Positions 51,485 to 63,225 are shown, numbered from the stretch's first letter. The stretch is 64,000 bases of DNA from Octopus vulgaris (GCA_951406725.2 OX597818.1:146878001-146942000); one strand, 5' to 3'. A program made the numbers and translations. Notes: generated by a model not told the origin, from the sequence alone.

Positions 51485-51721
51485 TACTTGTTTATAGTAG
51501 GGTGAAGCTCTGTTGAAGATCTCTCTGTCTACCAATAAATTGGAGATTCTCCTATTGATACTTATGAGTGGGGTTCTAATTATATTCCTAATTACACACA
51601 CATGCACACACACACACAATGAATTTCATTCAGTTTCCACTTTCAAATTCCCTCACAAAGCACTGGCCAACCTGGAGCTATAATGGAAGACTTTTTCTCT
51701 TTTTTGTCAATTCACTTAAAA
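51485..51721 (+). repeat. ~230-bp local direct duplication, copy 2
   Basis: Highly similar to 50259-50487. Differs by a few substitutions and (CA)n length. Confidence 0.92.
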
Positions 51722-51907
51722 TTGTTACGTTTGGGGACGACTGCAATCCACTGCCAAAGGTTATGACAGACAGATCACTTGTTGTCACCCTATGCTCTAT
51801 ATGGAATCAAGGAAACTGAGAATTTTTATTCAAAGTGCCTACTTGTTTTGCAATACCACATTATACACATGCAAATATACACACATACATGCAAATATAC
51901 ACGCATA

Positions 51908-52310
51908 TAGGCGTAGGAGTGGCTGTGTAGTAAGTAATTTGCTTACCAACCACATGGTTCCTGGTTCAGTCCCACTGTGTGGCACCTTGGGCAAGTGTTT
52001 TCTGCTATAGCCTCAGGCCAACCAAAGCCTTGTGAGTGGATTTGGTAGACGGAAACTGAAAGAAGCCCGTCGTATATATGTATATATATGTGTGTGTGTG
52101 TATGTTTGTTCCCCCAATATCACTTGACAACCAAGGCTTGTGTGTTTACGTCCCCATAACTTAGCAGTTCAGCAAAAGAGAAACCGACATAATAAGTTCT
52201 AGGATTACAAAGAATAAGTCCTGGGATCGATTTGCTCGACTAAAGGCAGTGGTCCAGCATGGCCACAGTCAAATGACTGAAATAAGTAAGAGTAAAAGAG
52301 TAAAAGAGAG
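51908..52310 (+). mobile_element. SINE family A, full length
   Basis: ggcgtaggagtggctgtgtagtaagtaatttgcttaccaaccacatggttcctggttcagtccc...gactgaaataagtaagagtaaaagag. Confidence 0.88.
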
Positions 52311-52784
52311 TCACACAGACAAATATTAGATGGACGCATGAGCCTATGCAGTATAATTTCAGTTCATCGAATAAGCATTTAATTATTGAGAGTGCAATGA
52401 CTTGGTAGGTAGTGAGTATTCTGACTCTCTGTCTCTGGGAATTAAACTGACAGAAGGAATAGACCTCTCAAATAAACCACCAAAAGAAAATATGAAATAT
52501 TTAAAATTATCTTATGGGGCATACAAGCATCTAGATATTCACCATGTCAGTCACTGTTGAACTAAAGACAGTTACTCATTTAGCCACACAATATGTAAGT
52601 TGCTTGCATCATTAGTGTAAATGGTGTGTGTATGCGAGTGTGTGTGTACACACACACACACACACTCAAACTTGTATCCAGTACATGCTGGCCACAGAGG
52701 AAAGTCTCTGCAATTTTGTACAAACACGTTAGGTTGTTAGGTATATTAATCTATTCCTCTGCCTTTCTCTCTCTTTCTGATATA

Positions 52785-53180
52785 TCTTTATATATAAAAG
52801 TGAGGTTGTGTGCTGTCTATCTCCTATGATTTAGATTCCTAACTACTCCCACATTTTGCAGTGCAGTTTAACCAAAACCGGGTATCTTATAGTCGTGATT
52901 CATATCGAGCCCTTCTGGGTATTAGCGCGCGTCTACGATGAGACGACGATTTTAAAAAACATTTACCATCAATTTTTCCCATTTTTAATGCATTTTTGGC
53001 ATATATAAGGGAAGTAACTCTCTAAAAATTTATTATTAAATCTCAGAACGTAAAAAGCTACAGTAACACCCCACCCTTTGTGGTTAGCCATATTGAGATG
53101 GCTATTATACTTTACATCTCTAAAAATGCTTATATAGTTATTTCCCTTACAAACCCGAGCAACGCCGGGCGATACTGCTA

Positions 53181-53181
<1 letters not shown>
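52785..53181 (+). mobile_element. Non-autonomous Helitron
   Basis: 5' TC(tttatatataaaag), 3' GC hairpin cccgagcaacgccggg (53154-69), then CTAG. Inserted between A and T with no TSD. Confidence 0.88.
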
Positions 53182-53216
<35 letters not shown>

Positions 53217-53222
53217 ATATCT

Positions 53223-53389
53223 TTGCACCATCTCCCTCTCTCTATCTCTTTGCTCTCTCCCTTTCTGTCTCCCGCTCTCTGTCTCTCAGCTCTATCTTCC
53301 CCTCTCTTTGTCTCTCAGCTCTATCTTCCTCTCTCTATCTCTGTCTCTCAGCTCTCGCTCGTCTCCATCTCTCTCTTTGTCTCTCAGCT

Positions 53390-53420
<31 letters not shown>

Positions 53421-53629
53421 AGCTCTCTCTTCTCTCTCTATCTCTGTCTCTCGCTCTCGCTCGTCTCCGTCTCTCTCAGCTCCAGCTCCCCCTCTCTCTC
53501 TCTCTCGGCTCCAGCTCTCTCTCTCTCGGTTCCAGCTCTCTCTCTCTCTCTCGGTTCCAGCTCTCTCTCTCTCTCTCGGTTCCAGCTCTCTCTCTCTCTC
53601 GGTTCCAGCTCTCTCTCTCTCTCGGCTCC

Positions 53630-53669
<40 letters not shown>

Positions 53670-54151
53670 TCCCTCTCTCTCTCTCTCTCTCTCTCTTAGT
53701 TCCAGCTCTCTCTCTCTCTCTCTTAGTTCCAGCTCTCTCTCTCTCTCGGCTCCCTCTCTTTCTCTCTCTCTCGGCTCCAGCTCTCTCTCTCTCTCTCTCG
53801 GTTCCCTCTCTCTCTCTCTCTCTCTCTCTCAGCTCTCTCTCTCTCTCTCTCTCTCGGTTCCAGCTCTCTCTCTCTCTCTCGGCTCTCTCTCTCTCTCTCT
53901 CTCTCTCTCGGTTCCAGCTCTCTCTCTCTCGGCTCCAGCTCTCTCTCGGTTCCAGCTCTCTCTCTCTCGGTTCCAGCTCTCTCTCTCTCTCTCTCTCGGT
54001 CTCCAGCTCTCTCTCTCTCTCGGTTCCAGCTCTCTCTCTCGGTTCCAGCTCTCTCTCTCTCTCTCTCTCGGTTCCAGCTCTCTCTCTCTCTCTCTCTCTC
54101 CAGCTCTCTCTCTCTCTCTCTCTCGGCTCCAGCTCTCTCTCTCTCGGTTCC

Positions 54152-54187
<36 letters not shown>

Positions 54188-54425
54188 TCCAGCTCTCTCT
54201 CTCTCTCTCAGTCTCCTCTCTCTCTCTCTCTCTTGGCTTCGGCTCCCCCCTCTCTCTCTCTCTCTTGGCTCTCTCTCTCTCTCTCTCTCTCGGCTCAGTC
54301 TCCTCCTCTCTCTCTCTCTTGGCTCAGTCTCCTCCTCTCTCTCTCTCTCTCTCTCGGCTCAGTCTCCCCCTCTCTCTCTCTTTCTTGGCTCAGTCTCCTC
54401 CTCTCTCTCCTCTTTCCCTCTCTAC
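53223..54425. repeat. 1.2-kb compound (CT)n satellite punctuated by cggttccag/cggctccag
   Basis: Directly visible. Confidence 0.95.
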
Positions 54426-54584
54426 TAATTAACTGCTAAAAGGTAACATTAGACAATATGTCACTCGTGTCTGTGTAATTCATTTCATTACAATTAAAAT
54501 AACAGTTAATCAGGATATAAAACTGTTCAAAACACTGACAAAATTATTCTGGTCATTTATGTCTACAAAGAATGTCTCATTTAC

Positions 54585-54647
54585 TCAGGATTCGTTTCAG
54601 TTTTGTCAACTCTGGATGCATAAATAATATTTCTCCATAAATGTAAT
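54585..54647 (-). CDS. Candidate 63-nt internal exon of an unidentified minus-strand transcript
   Basis: Acceptor ttttcttttgtcttcatttccag and donor GA|gtaaat. Two frames are open (YIYGEILFMHPELTKLKRIL or LHLWRNIIYASRVDKTETNP). Confidence 0.35.
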
Positions 54648-55949
54648 CTGGAAATGAAGACAAAAGAAAATTTCTTTCAATGGAATCAATGCTTCTCTGC
54701 AATGATGAGACTTTGTCAACATTATTTCTTTCTTTTACTTTTCGTTTTTTTTTTTATTGATTGACATTATGGTAATCATATTGCTTGCTTTATTGAGGAT
54801 TCTTTCTAACAGTAAGATTATGTAAAGTAAGTATATATAACAGTAAGAAATATAAAGGCTTAAAGTAATCATATTTGGGACCATTGAGATTACATTATTG
54901 CCACTGACTAAACCAATGGTTCTCATTCTATTTGACTTTGTAGTGCACCAGGTATGAGGAAAAAAAGTGGTCACTAAGGATACTTTACCCGGAGAGATAA
55001 AAATGACTGATACACTTTGCATGAAAAGTTTAATAATAAGAATGTTTTAAAGTTAAAAATCTTGAAAACATATGGAAAATAATTGCTTGTCTTTTGTGAT
55101 TTTTTGTTTTTTTACTAAACATATTTGTGTGTAAGAAAATTATTCAAGATGCTCAACATTCCATCCATTCATTCATTGATTACAATTCCTAGAAGGGTCA
55201 AAGGAGTAGAGTTCTCAGATACCTCTTCCATAGGGTCTTATCAAAAGCAATTACCATTACACTTTCCTGCTGGATCCCCAAGTGTGACCAGTTGAGACTA
55301 TCATGCTCTTGGTCTACCCCTAGTTCTCCTGTCTTGCTGTTCTTTCCTGTGACATTCTAACCACATGTCCATAAACCTAAATTTTATATTTAAAAATCCA
55401 CTGTACACCTGGATACTTTGTGCTGCTCCATTTTAAAACCACGAGAACAAACTATTTGACTGTGTCCCATGATCTTTACTTCTTGGTTTAGAGATATTAT
55501 TTGTCAGTTTGACTTATGATTTGAATGACACATTTAGTGAGCTGGTGAATCATTCTGATGTCATAAAGTGAAACATGTGAAAAACGCTGGAGCTGATTAT
55601 CTTCTGGTTAGCTTGTATCTCTAAAGATCCTGAATTCATCAAAATAATATGAAGAATAAATAAGTGAACCTATTGTTTTTATCTAGTCAGTCAAGAAGTC
55701 ATTCACACAGTCTCTTGTAATTATTTAACTCTTACATTAGATTTTTCAAATCAAAGACTGACATAGTTTTCTTAGCTGTAATCTATTGCCAGCTCAGAGT
55801 TATTTTTTCATTACTTAATGTGTCATTGTGGAGGTGTGTGTCTTAGTGGTTTGGCTGTTGGATTCATAGTTGTTAAATCATGGGTCTAATACCCTGGTCA
55901 GGCAGCATGTTGCGTCCTTGAGTCAGGGACTTCAGTTCATGTTACACCA

Positions 55950-56500
55950 ATCATCATCATCATTTAACGTCTGTTTTCAATATTGGCATGGGTTGGACAA
56001 CTTGACAGAAACTGGCATGGTCAGGGGAAGTACTAGGTTCTGTTGTCTTTTGCCTTGGTTTCTACAGCTGGATGCCCTTCCTAATGCTAGCCACTTTACA
56101 GAGTATACTGGATGCTTTTTACAGGTCACCATCACCAGTACTTTTTATATGGCACCAGTCCCAGTGTTTTTTATGTGGCACCAGCACCCACACTAATGCT
56201 TTTTTGTATTCGTTTTAGGATCTTGAGTCTGTTGTGGTGGGCAGGTCATCTTGAATACAGCAATGTACTGCATATCTTGGTCCTGTCGTCTCCTTTGTAA
56301 GGCTCAGTACTTTGAGACTAGCCTTCAGTATTTCATCCAATGTCTTCCTGGGTCTTTCTCTTCCACAACTTCCCCCCCACTTAAAGTGATTGACACTTAT
56401 TTGTGCAACCTTCCTCACCTCTCTCTATCTCATTACCAAATCAGTACAGTCTCCTCTCTTGCACGCTGTATAATTCATTTTGCCTAATGACTTCATCAAG
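55950..56500 (-). mobile_element. RTE LINE 3' end (C-terminus + UTR + (GAT)n)
   Basis: Minus strand GSCGRERPRKTLDEILK..LSLTKE matches GTCGRGRPRKTWDEVVK..LGLTEE at 27.5 kb. Confidence 0.75.
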
Positions 56501-56765
56501 AAACAAAATAGTTAATCAAGTATCATTTCTCCTCTTATTTCCTTCTACTTCTTTCTTTCTTACTCTTTGACAAAAGGTTTGCCTGAAATATTAGTCTACC
56601 TTTTCCTTCTTTCAACATATAATTCACTGTGCACAACTTTGTGGGTGTTTTTACATTTTCTCCATCACCTTTTGAATTTTTGTCTACCTGTTGTAACCTC
56701 TCAAATTTTTCAATTGTCCATCTCTTATTTCCCTCATTCGATTTGTGCAGTTTTACTTATATATA

Positions 56766-57328
56766 TTGGGTTGTCTGGAAAGATTATACCGATTTATAAA
56801 GGAATGAAAAAGGTCAATAAATACTTGCCATTACATTTTAATCAGCCAAATATGAGCCATTTTGTTGCACAATGCGTCCCCATCTTTCCTTTAACTTGAA
56901 AATACCCTCTTCCCAGAACTGAGGTGGTTTCATGACAAAGAATTCATCAAGGTATCTTTTTATGTCATCCAAGGAATTGAAATTTTTACCATTAAGACTA
57001 TTCTGCAGAGACCTGAATAAGTGGAAATCTGAAGGAGCAATATCTTGTGAATATGGAGGGTGGGGGTAACACATCCCAGCCGAGCTGCAGCAATTTTTGT
57101 CTGGTTCCCAAAGCATCAAGTGCCGAAAATGAACTTTATCTTCCATTTTAAAGGGTTACGGAATTAACACAAGTTATAGGAACATAAACCTTCTTCCACG
57201 AAAAGATGGCTTAAACTATGCTCTAAATGGAGGTGTAGTTAAATCCTGTTTTATGGACTCAACCATGTTCTAAAATAAGTCGAAAGGTAAGCTACTATAA
57301 ATCATCACGAACTTTCCGGATAACCCAA
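56766..57328 (-). mobile_element. Complete 563-bp non-autonomous mariner (internal deletion)
   Basis: TA flanks, ~30-bp imperfect TIRs ttgggttgtctggaaag / ctttccggataacccaa. Retains MEDKVHFRHLMLWE and HPPYSQDIAPSDFHLFRSLQNSL..GIFKLKERW. Confidence 0.92.
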
Positions 57329-59281
57329 TATATACACACACACATATTCATGTACAGAACAGTATGTACAGTTTCTGTCTATCTACTCACTCACCAGTAG
57401 TTAGAAAATATCACATCCCTTGGATAGATGGCTACCAAACTGTTGTGAATTCTGTTGAAGAAGATTTGAGCATTGCATTTTAAAATTCATAAAATCACTT
57501 GTAAAACACTTTGTCTGTTCTCTGCTTACACTAGTTGGCTGAATCTCTTTTCAGTACCTTTACTGTAGCTGGATGACATATGTGAGTGAGTGTGGTGTGT
57601 TTGTGTTGAAGATGCCAAACAGATGCTTGATAATAAAGCAGTCCCTTTAACGTCTTAATGTCAGCTGCAATTCCTAGTTAATTATCTTGTTCTAATCACT
57701 TAAAAATGTAATCATGAGTAATTAGACGAGGTGAAGTGCTTTAAAAATTTAGACATTTGCATATTATTATTATTACTACTATTATTATTATTATTATTCT
57801 CAGAAGGGAGTTTTACATTTGGAAGCTGATTAAGAATGATTGATCTTTCTTGGGCTAAATTACATAAAAGGTTGAAATGCTTTGAACAGGAAAAGCTTCA
57901 TGGCATTAGCATAAGTCAACAGTCACCCTTTCAAAATTGCTTCATTTCCTTTTAAAAAAGATAAATATTGAGTATTGATGATATTTAAACAAAAATATGC
58001 AATGAAGGAATATTTCATTAAAGAATACAAAACTATTAGCAAATTAAATTTTCTTTTTTTATATATTAAAATTTCAGCTTGCTTCAAGATAGAGAACATT
58101 TATAGAAAATTTATATTAAAAAATTGAGACTTAAATATTGATTATTGTTATAATTATGGTTAAATTATTTTTTAATTATCTTGATTATTTTAACAAATTT
58201 TTTTTAAAATTTTTCTTTAAGATTTAGTGTAAACAGAATTTTTAACAGCTTCAGAGCATTGATCATTATAATTTAGTATCAGTGTGAAGTTAATTGAAAT
58301 TTTAGCATGCTAACTTAATGTATGACAGTATTTTACTTTAATTAGTTTGAGTTACCAGTTCAAATTTCACCAGAGTCAAACTTGTCTGTTATCCTCAGCA
58401 AATTGGTTGATTTGTTAGTTTTAGATAGATTGCCTCTTGGAATTTCTTTCAAAACTCTAAGACTTATGACAATAGCTAGAGGAGTGAATTAACAATAGCT
58501 ATCACTGAACAATAAGATCATATGATGGAGACAGAGATGCAGGAATATATGTCAGTGCCTCACTTGTATATCTGTCTGTCCATTCAAAGATTATGATGGT
58601 GAAGGAAATTTTACATTGTAAGAATAATTCAAATCTCTCGTCAACCTTTGCATTCTGTCTTCCAGAGTGGATAAAAATAAAGTACCAATGCACAGCAGTA
58701 GATAATCTGAAGAATGTCAGACTGGTAACTTTATGGCATTTGTTCTAGGTCTTTGTGTGATCTGAGTTCAAATCTCACTAAGACCTACTTGAGTGATAGA
58801 TCTAATCCATCATCCTGCTTAACACCACCTCCTGACACTTTGGGTGCCATTATTAAATTCAAGCCATGACTCCAGTTTGAGAACATCTTGCTCTCTCCCA
58901 CTACATTTGGAGGTCCTATAAAGGGTCATAAGTACTCCCTTCTCTCCTAGCTAAAAGTTTTTAAAACATGTCTTTTCTCTAAACTAAAAATCTCTTTTAC
59001 AAATATTAGCAAGATGCTCAGTCAAGTAATATGCTCTAAACTGACAATTGTTTCCAAGCACAGGCCTGGGATTTGGAGAAGAGGAATAGTTTCAATCCCA
59101 ATACTTGACTGGTATTTTATTTTACCTACAAAGAAAAGATAAAGGTAAAATCGATCTGAGTAAGATTCAAACCCAGAATATAAAATCAAAACAAATATCA
59201 CAAGACATACAGCAAATTTTTCTTTCAAAACAGATTGTTTGATTGTGTATATTTGCTGGACTTCAGCAAAACAAAAGCATA

Positions 59282-59925
59282 ACAACGTAAGGTGTACTAG
59301 CCATCTGAATGTGGCTAGCCACTGGGGGTGGGGTGTTACTGATGCTTTTAGCCCCAGGCGATCAACGTCACCAGATGGACTTTAGACACAACATTCCAGT
59401 GCCCTTGTGTTATTTGCAAAGGGAGGTCATCCTCCCTCGAAAACCTAAGTGCTACATACGGACTATAGTTTCAAGGTAATTGCCTCTCGTCAACGCATGG
59501 TAAACACTGGTTTTCGATGAAGGAGACCCTCTGCAAATAATAATAAAACTGTCTGAAAGCATTAATGCTTTCAGACAGTTTTTCTAAATCAGTGACTGTG
59601 GTTGCTGTGAAAAACGTTAAATATTATTTGCAGAGGGTCTCCTTCATCGAAAACCGGTATTTACCATGCGTTGACGAGAGGCAATTACCTTGAAACTATA
59701 GTCTGTATGTAGCACTTAGGTTTTCGAGGGAGGATGACCTCCCTTTGCAAATAACAAAAGGGCACTGGAATGTTGTGTCTAAAGTCCATCTGGTGACGTT
59801 GATCGCCTGGGGCTAAAAGCATCAGTAACACCCCACCCCCAGTGGCTAGCCACATTCAGATGGCTAGTACACCTTACGTTGTCGAGTGGTACTGTTTATA
59901 TCTCGTTCAGAGATTTATTAATCCT
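59282..59925. mobile_element. Family X giant foldback: 261-bp inverted arms, nested 38-bp palindrome, 43-bp tail
   Basis: Arms 59282-59542 and 59622-59882 (about 4 mismatches). aaaagcataa occurs at 59273-82 and 59926-35. Confidence 0.92.
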
Positions 59926-60009
59926 AAAAGCATAATAATCCAACAGGAAACCTCATAATTTATGAGTAATTTATAATTTACATAGTTTGTACAAGCATGG
60001 CTCTGCTGG

Positions 60010-60390
60010 TGCAGGTGTGACTGGCTGCATGGTAAGAAGTTTGCTTCCCAACTGCATGGTTTAAGGTTCAGTCACATGGCATGGCACCTTGGGCAAGTGT
60101 CTTCGACTATAGCCCTGAACTGAAAGAAGCCTTTTGTATGTATTTATTACAGTTTCTTTGCCTTGGCATTGCAAGACAGTTGTGAATGTCCTGTCATACA
60201 AGCAGTGTTCTTCATTTCTAATCTTCTATGCAAATATGTCTAACCATGGGAAAATATTACATTTCTTGGAAACAGGTATTGGTTGATGATAATAAGGGCA
60301 CCTGACCATAGAAAATTTGCCACAAGAAAGTTTGTCCAACCTATGCAAGTGGGTGTTAAAATGAAGATGAGGATAATGATGATAATAGTT
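60010..60390 (+). mobile_element. SINE family A variant
   Basis: ggtaagaagtttgcttcccaac..ggttcagtc..caccttgggcaagtgtctt head with an alternative tail ending in gatgat. Confidence 0.65.
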
Positions 60391-60692
60391 ATACTGTTTG
60401 TTTGGCAAAAAACAAAAATATCTTAATCTCTTACAGGCAGCCTCGAATAACTGATTTTAAATCCAATCTCGGTCAATGGGTTTTAAAATAGATAATTGAA
60501 GATTACGTATGAAAGCTGCTTGATATCCCTAAAATGATTAAATGACATATCGTAAATCATACAAGCAGCAGTCCTGCTAATCTCGTTCGTATTCTGATAC
60601 AAGCTTTCAACAATTAGTAGTTTTGGACTACTACAATTTTTTTTATATATTATACTACCCATTTGTTGGAAAAAAAAACACGTTTTACAAAA

Positions 60693-60807
60693 ATGTCGAT
60701 TGATTCTTGTGAAATACCTTGTGAATTCCCTGAAAAGGCGATTCCAAATCCAGAAATACCATGTGACATTCCAATGCCACCAAAAGAGAGAAAGCCAAAG
60801 AAAAAAA
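60693..60807 (+). CDS. Probable first coding exon of an unidentified host gene (MSIDSCEIPCEFPEKAIPNPEIPCDIPMPPKERKPKKK, phase 1)
   Basis: caaaaATG start context, 38 open codons of non-repeat sequence, canonical A|GTAAGT donor. CpGs are locally retained upstream. Confidence 0.6.
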
Positions 60808-60892
60808 GTAAGTTTGTAAATTAAAAAGAAAAATTACATTTATAAATAGAACAATTTCTATAGACATTTTTTCTTTTATAACTTGTTTTTCT

Positions 60893-60906
60893 GTTTCTAT
60901 AGTAAC
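60893..60906. promoter_or_regulatory. X-box (RFX-type site) GTTTCTATAGTAAC
   Basis: Fits the GTHNYY-AT-RRNAAC consensus and lies 85 bp into the putative first intron. Confidence 0.45.
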
Positions 60907-61759
60907 CTGAACTTTTGATGCTTGTTTTCTTTTTCTCTTTTTTTTTTATAACTTAGACAAATGGTTAGTGTTTATGCAAAGGATTTTCTAACTGGATACT
61001 AAGGAGACTAGTAATATTCTGGTGCCAGAATTTTGGTAGCCATTTTCTTCCTTTCACTTTTGTCAAAAACACTTGAAGGGAAAGTAAGAATTTCACAATT
61101 TTCCATTTTACTTATCATTCTACCCTGAAAAACATGGGGTCATTGAATCTAGTCAAAAGAAACTAATAATTTAAATGTCCTTTGCATCTATCTCTTTAAA
61201 CCCAGGTATCTGAATAATTTTCTTTAAAATAGATTTCATTAATTCTAAAATTAACCGTCTCTTCTCTCATTTTCCAAAATTTTTGAAATTAAAAATTAAC
61301 TGATATGAATTAAAATCTCCACCCAGAATCATACATGTGTATATTATTTGTCATATGTGTATGATAAAATTCTTAGCTCCAAACTCTAGACCTTGAGTCA
61401 CTACTGTTGCTCCTAAGCTAATAAAAATTATACATACACATGCATATATATATATATATATTTAAAAGTTCGCAAAAATACTTGGTAGAGCCACAATATT
61501 TTAAAAAATTTCTTCTAAATGTTATTAACTATTTAAAATATCTTTTTGAGAAACGATGCTATGAACCATTTGGAAAGAAATTTTCATACTGTGTAATATG
61601 AAAACTTCCTTCTAAAAGGTTTGTGGCATTCTGTTCCTGAAAAACAATTCTTATAAATAGTTAATAACTTTTAAGAAAATCTTTGTTCATATATATCTAA
61701 AGGATGCAGTTTCACTTTCAGTTTCTCTTTGCTACATCAAGCTCTTGATCTATGCATTC

Positions 61760-61804
<45 letters not shown>

Positions 61805-61825
61805 CAGCACTTTACTTTTAAAGCA

Positions 61826-61910
61826 CTGATGAAGCTATAGGGTGATACTCAAGCATTCAACTATAAGTGCATTGCCTCTAATAGCAGAAACAGCTATAAA
61901 CTAATAAAGT
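61826..61910 (+). ncRNA. Degenerate type I hammerhead ribozyme-like motif (Penelope pLTR type)
   Basis: CTGATGA-agctat..(long loop)..atagc-aGAAAc-agct-aTA, followed by AATAAA. Confidence 0.45.
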
Positions 61911-62043
61911 TCTTAACATAATGGTTTATTCCTTTGTAAATCCAATTTCTTATTACCACTCTGTATTCAACAGACACTTCACTTTGAAGCATATATATTG
62001 AGTTCTAACACCAAGTTATTAGCATCACTATGCCTAAGCATAT

Positions 62044-62077
<34 letters not shown>

Positions 62078-63225
62078 TTTTTATTTCATTTGGGCACCGT
62101 GACACTAAAAAGTATTTGGTAGAATTCAATGTATACATATGCTTTAGCATTAGGCACACACACACACACACACACATACAAGTTTAATTTTTCATTATTT
62201 GAGAAAAAGATTTGGTGCTTATGTTTTCTAAGTGTGAATCAAACAGAAATTATCCCTCTTATTATTAAATGATGGGTGGAGAGTATTTCAACGTTTTTGT
62301 CTTTCATGTTATTTGCCATCTTTCACTCATTGAAATATTTCTGGAGATCAGAATAGATTTATTGTAAAAGGCTAATTTCCACAACATAATTACTAAAGTT
62401 CACTCTACAAGGTCAGGCAATGAGTTCAATGGCTTTTGGCTTATTAATAAATACAAAACAGTCAGTTGATAATCTCAGTTAATTCTATTAAATAAAAACA
62501 AATATTACTTAAAAGAAAGAATAACAAACAAAATGCATATATATATATATATACACACATACTGCTTATATTTTGTTCTGTAAGCATCTATGTGTGCATT
62601 CAGGTATGTTTGTATATTTGTGTGCATATATGCATGTATGTGTGTGTGTGTGTGTATATATATATATTAGAGAGAGAGAGAGAGAGCGCAAGGTAAAGGT
62701 TGTAAAGTTTGCAAGGACACTTTGAAGTTTTTCTGGTCATTGACTTTTTCAAATGTCGGACAGACAAACTGATGATGTGAACAAGTCAGCAAAACTGCAA
62801 AGTCAGTGTCAACTTTTTCTTTGCATAAATAAATATGATACTCAAATATATTGGGTGATCATTCGGTTAATGTTTAACTGTTTTTATATATAAGTATACA
62901 TAAGGACAAACATTAACACACACACACACTGCCATTATCATCATCATCATCATCATTTAATATCCCTGTTCCATGCTGGCATTGTATTCCAGGGTCTGCT
63001 TTGGTACGGTGTCTCTGACTGAATGCCCTTTCTAATGTCAATTGCTTTGCAGCGTATACTGGGTGCTTTTGTTTTGTGCCACCAGCAATCTACAAATCCA
63101 AGGAGTGGGTTGCTACATTCCTATGTTAGATGAAGATTAAGGCATGAAAGGAGACAATGGTGTAAAAGCAGTTTCTTATTGTAGAGTATCTCCATGGCAA
63201 TTCACTTTTAGGAGAGAGAGTGAGA

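Noticed and set aside
50259-51721. LTR retrotransposon or TRIM
   Set aside because: No TG..CA termini, PBS, PPT or TSD. The repeat includes an old SINE fragment.
53223-54439. Long Ser/Leu-rich ORFs (158, 374 and 68 aa)
   Set aside because: Translation artefacts of the (CT)n satellite.
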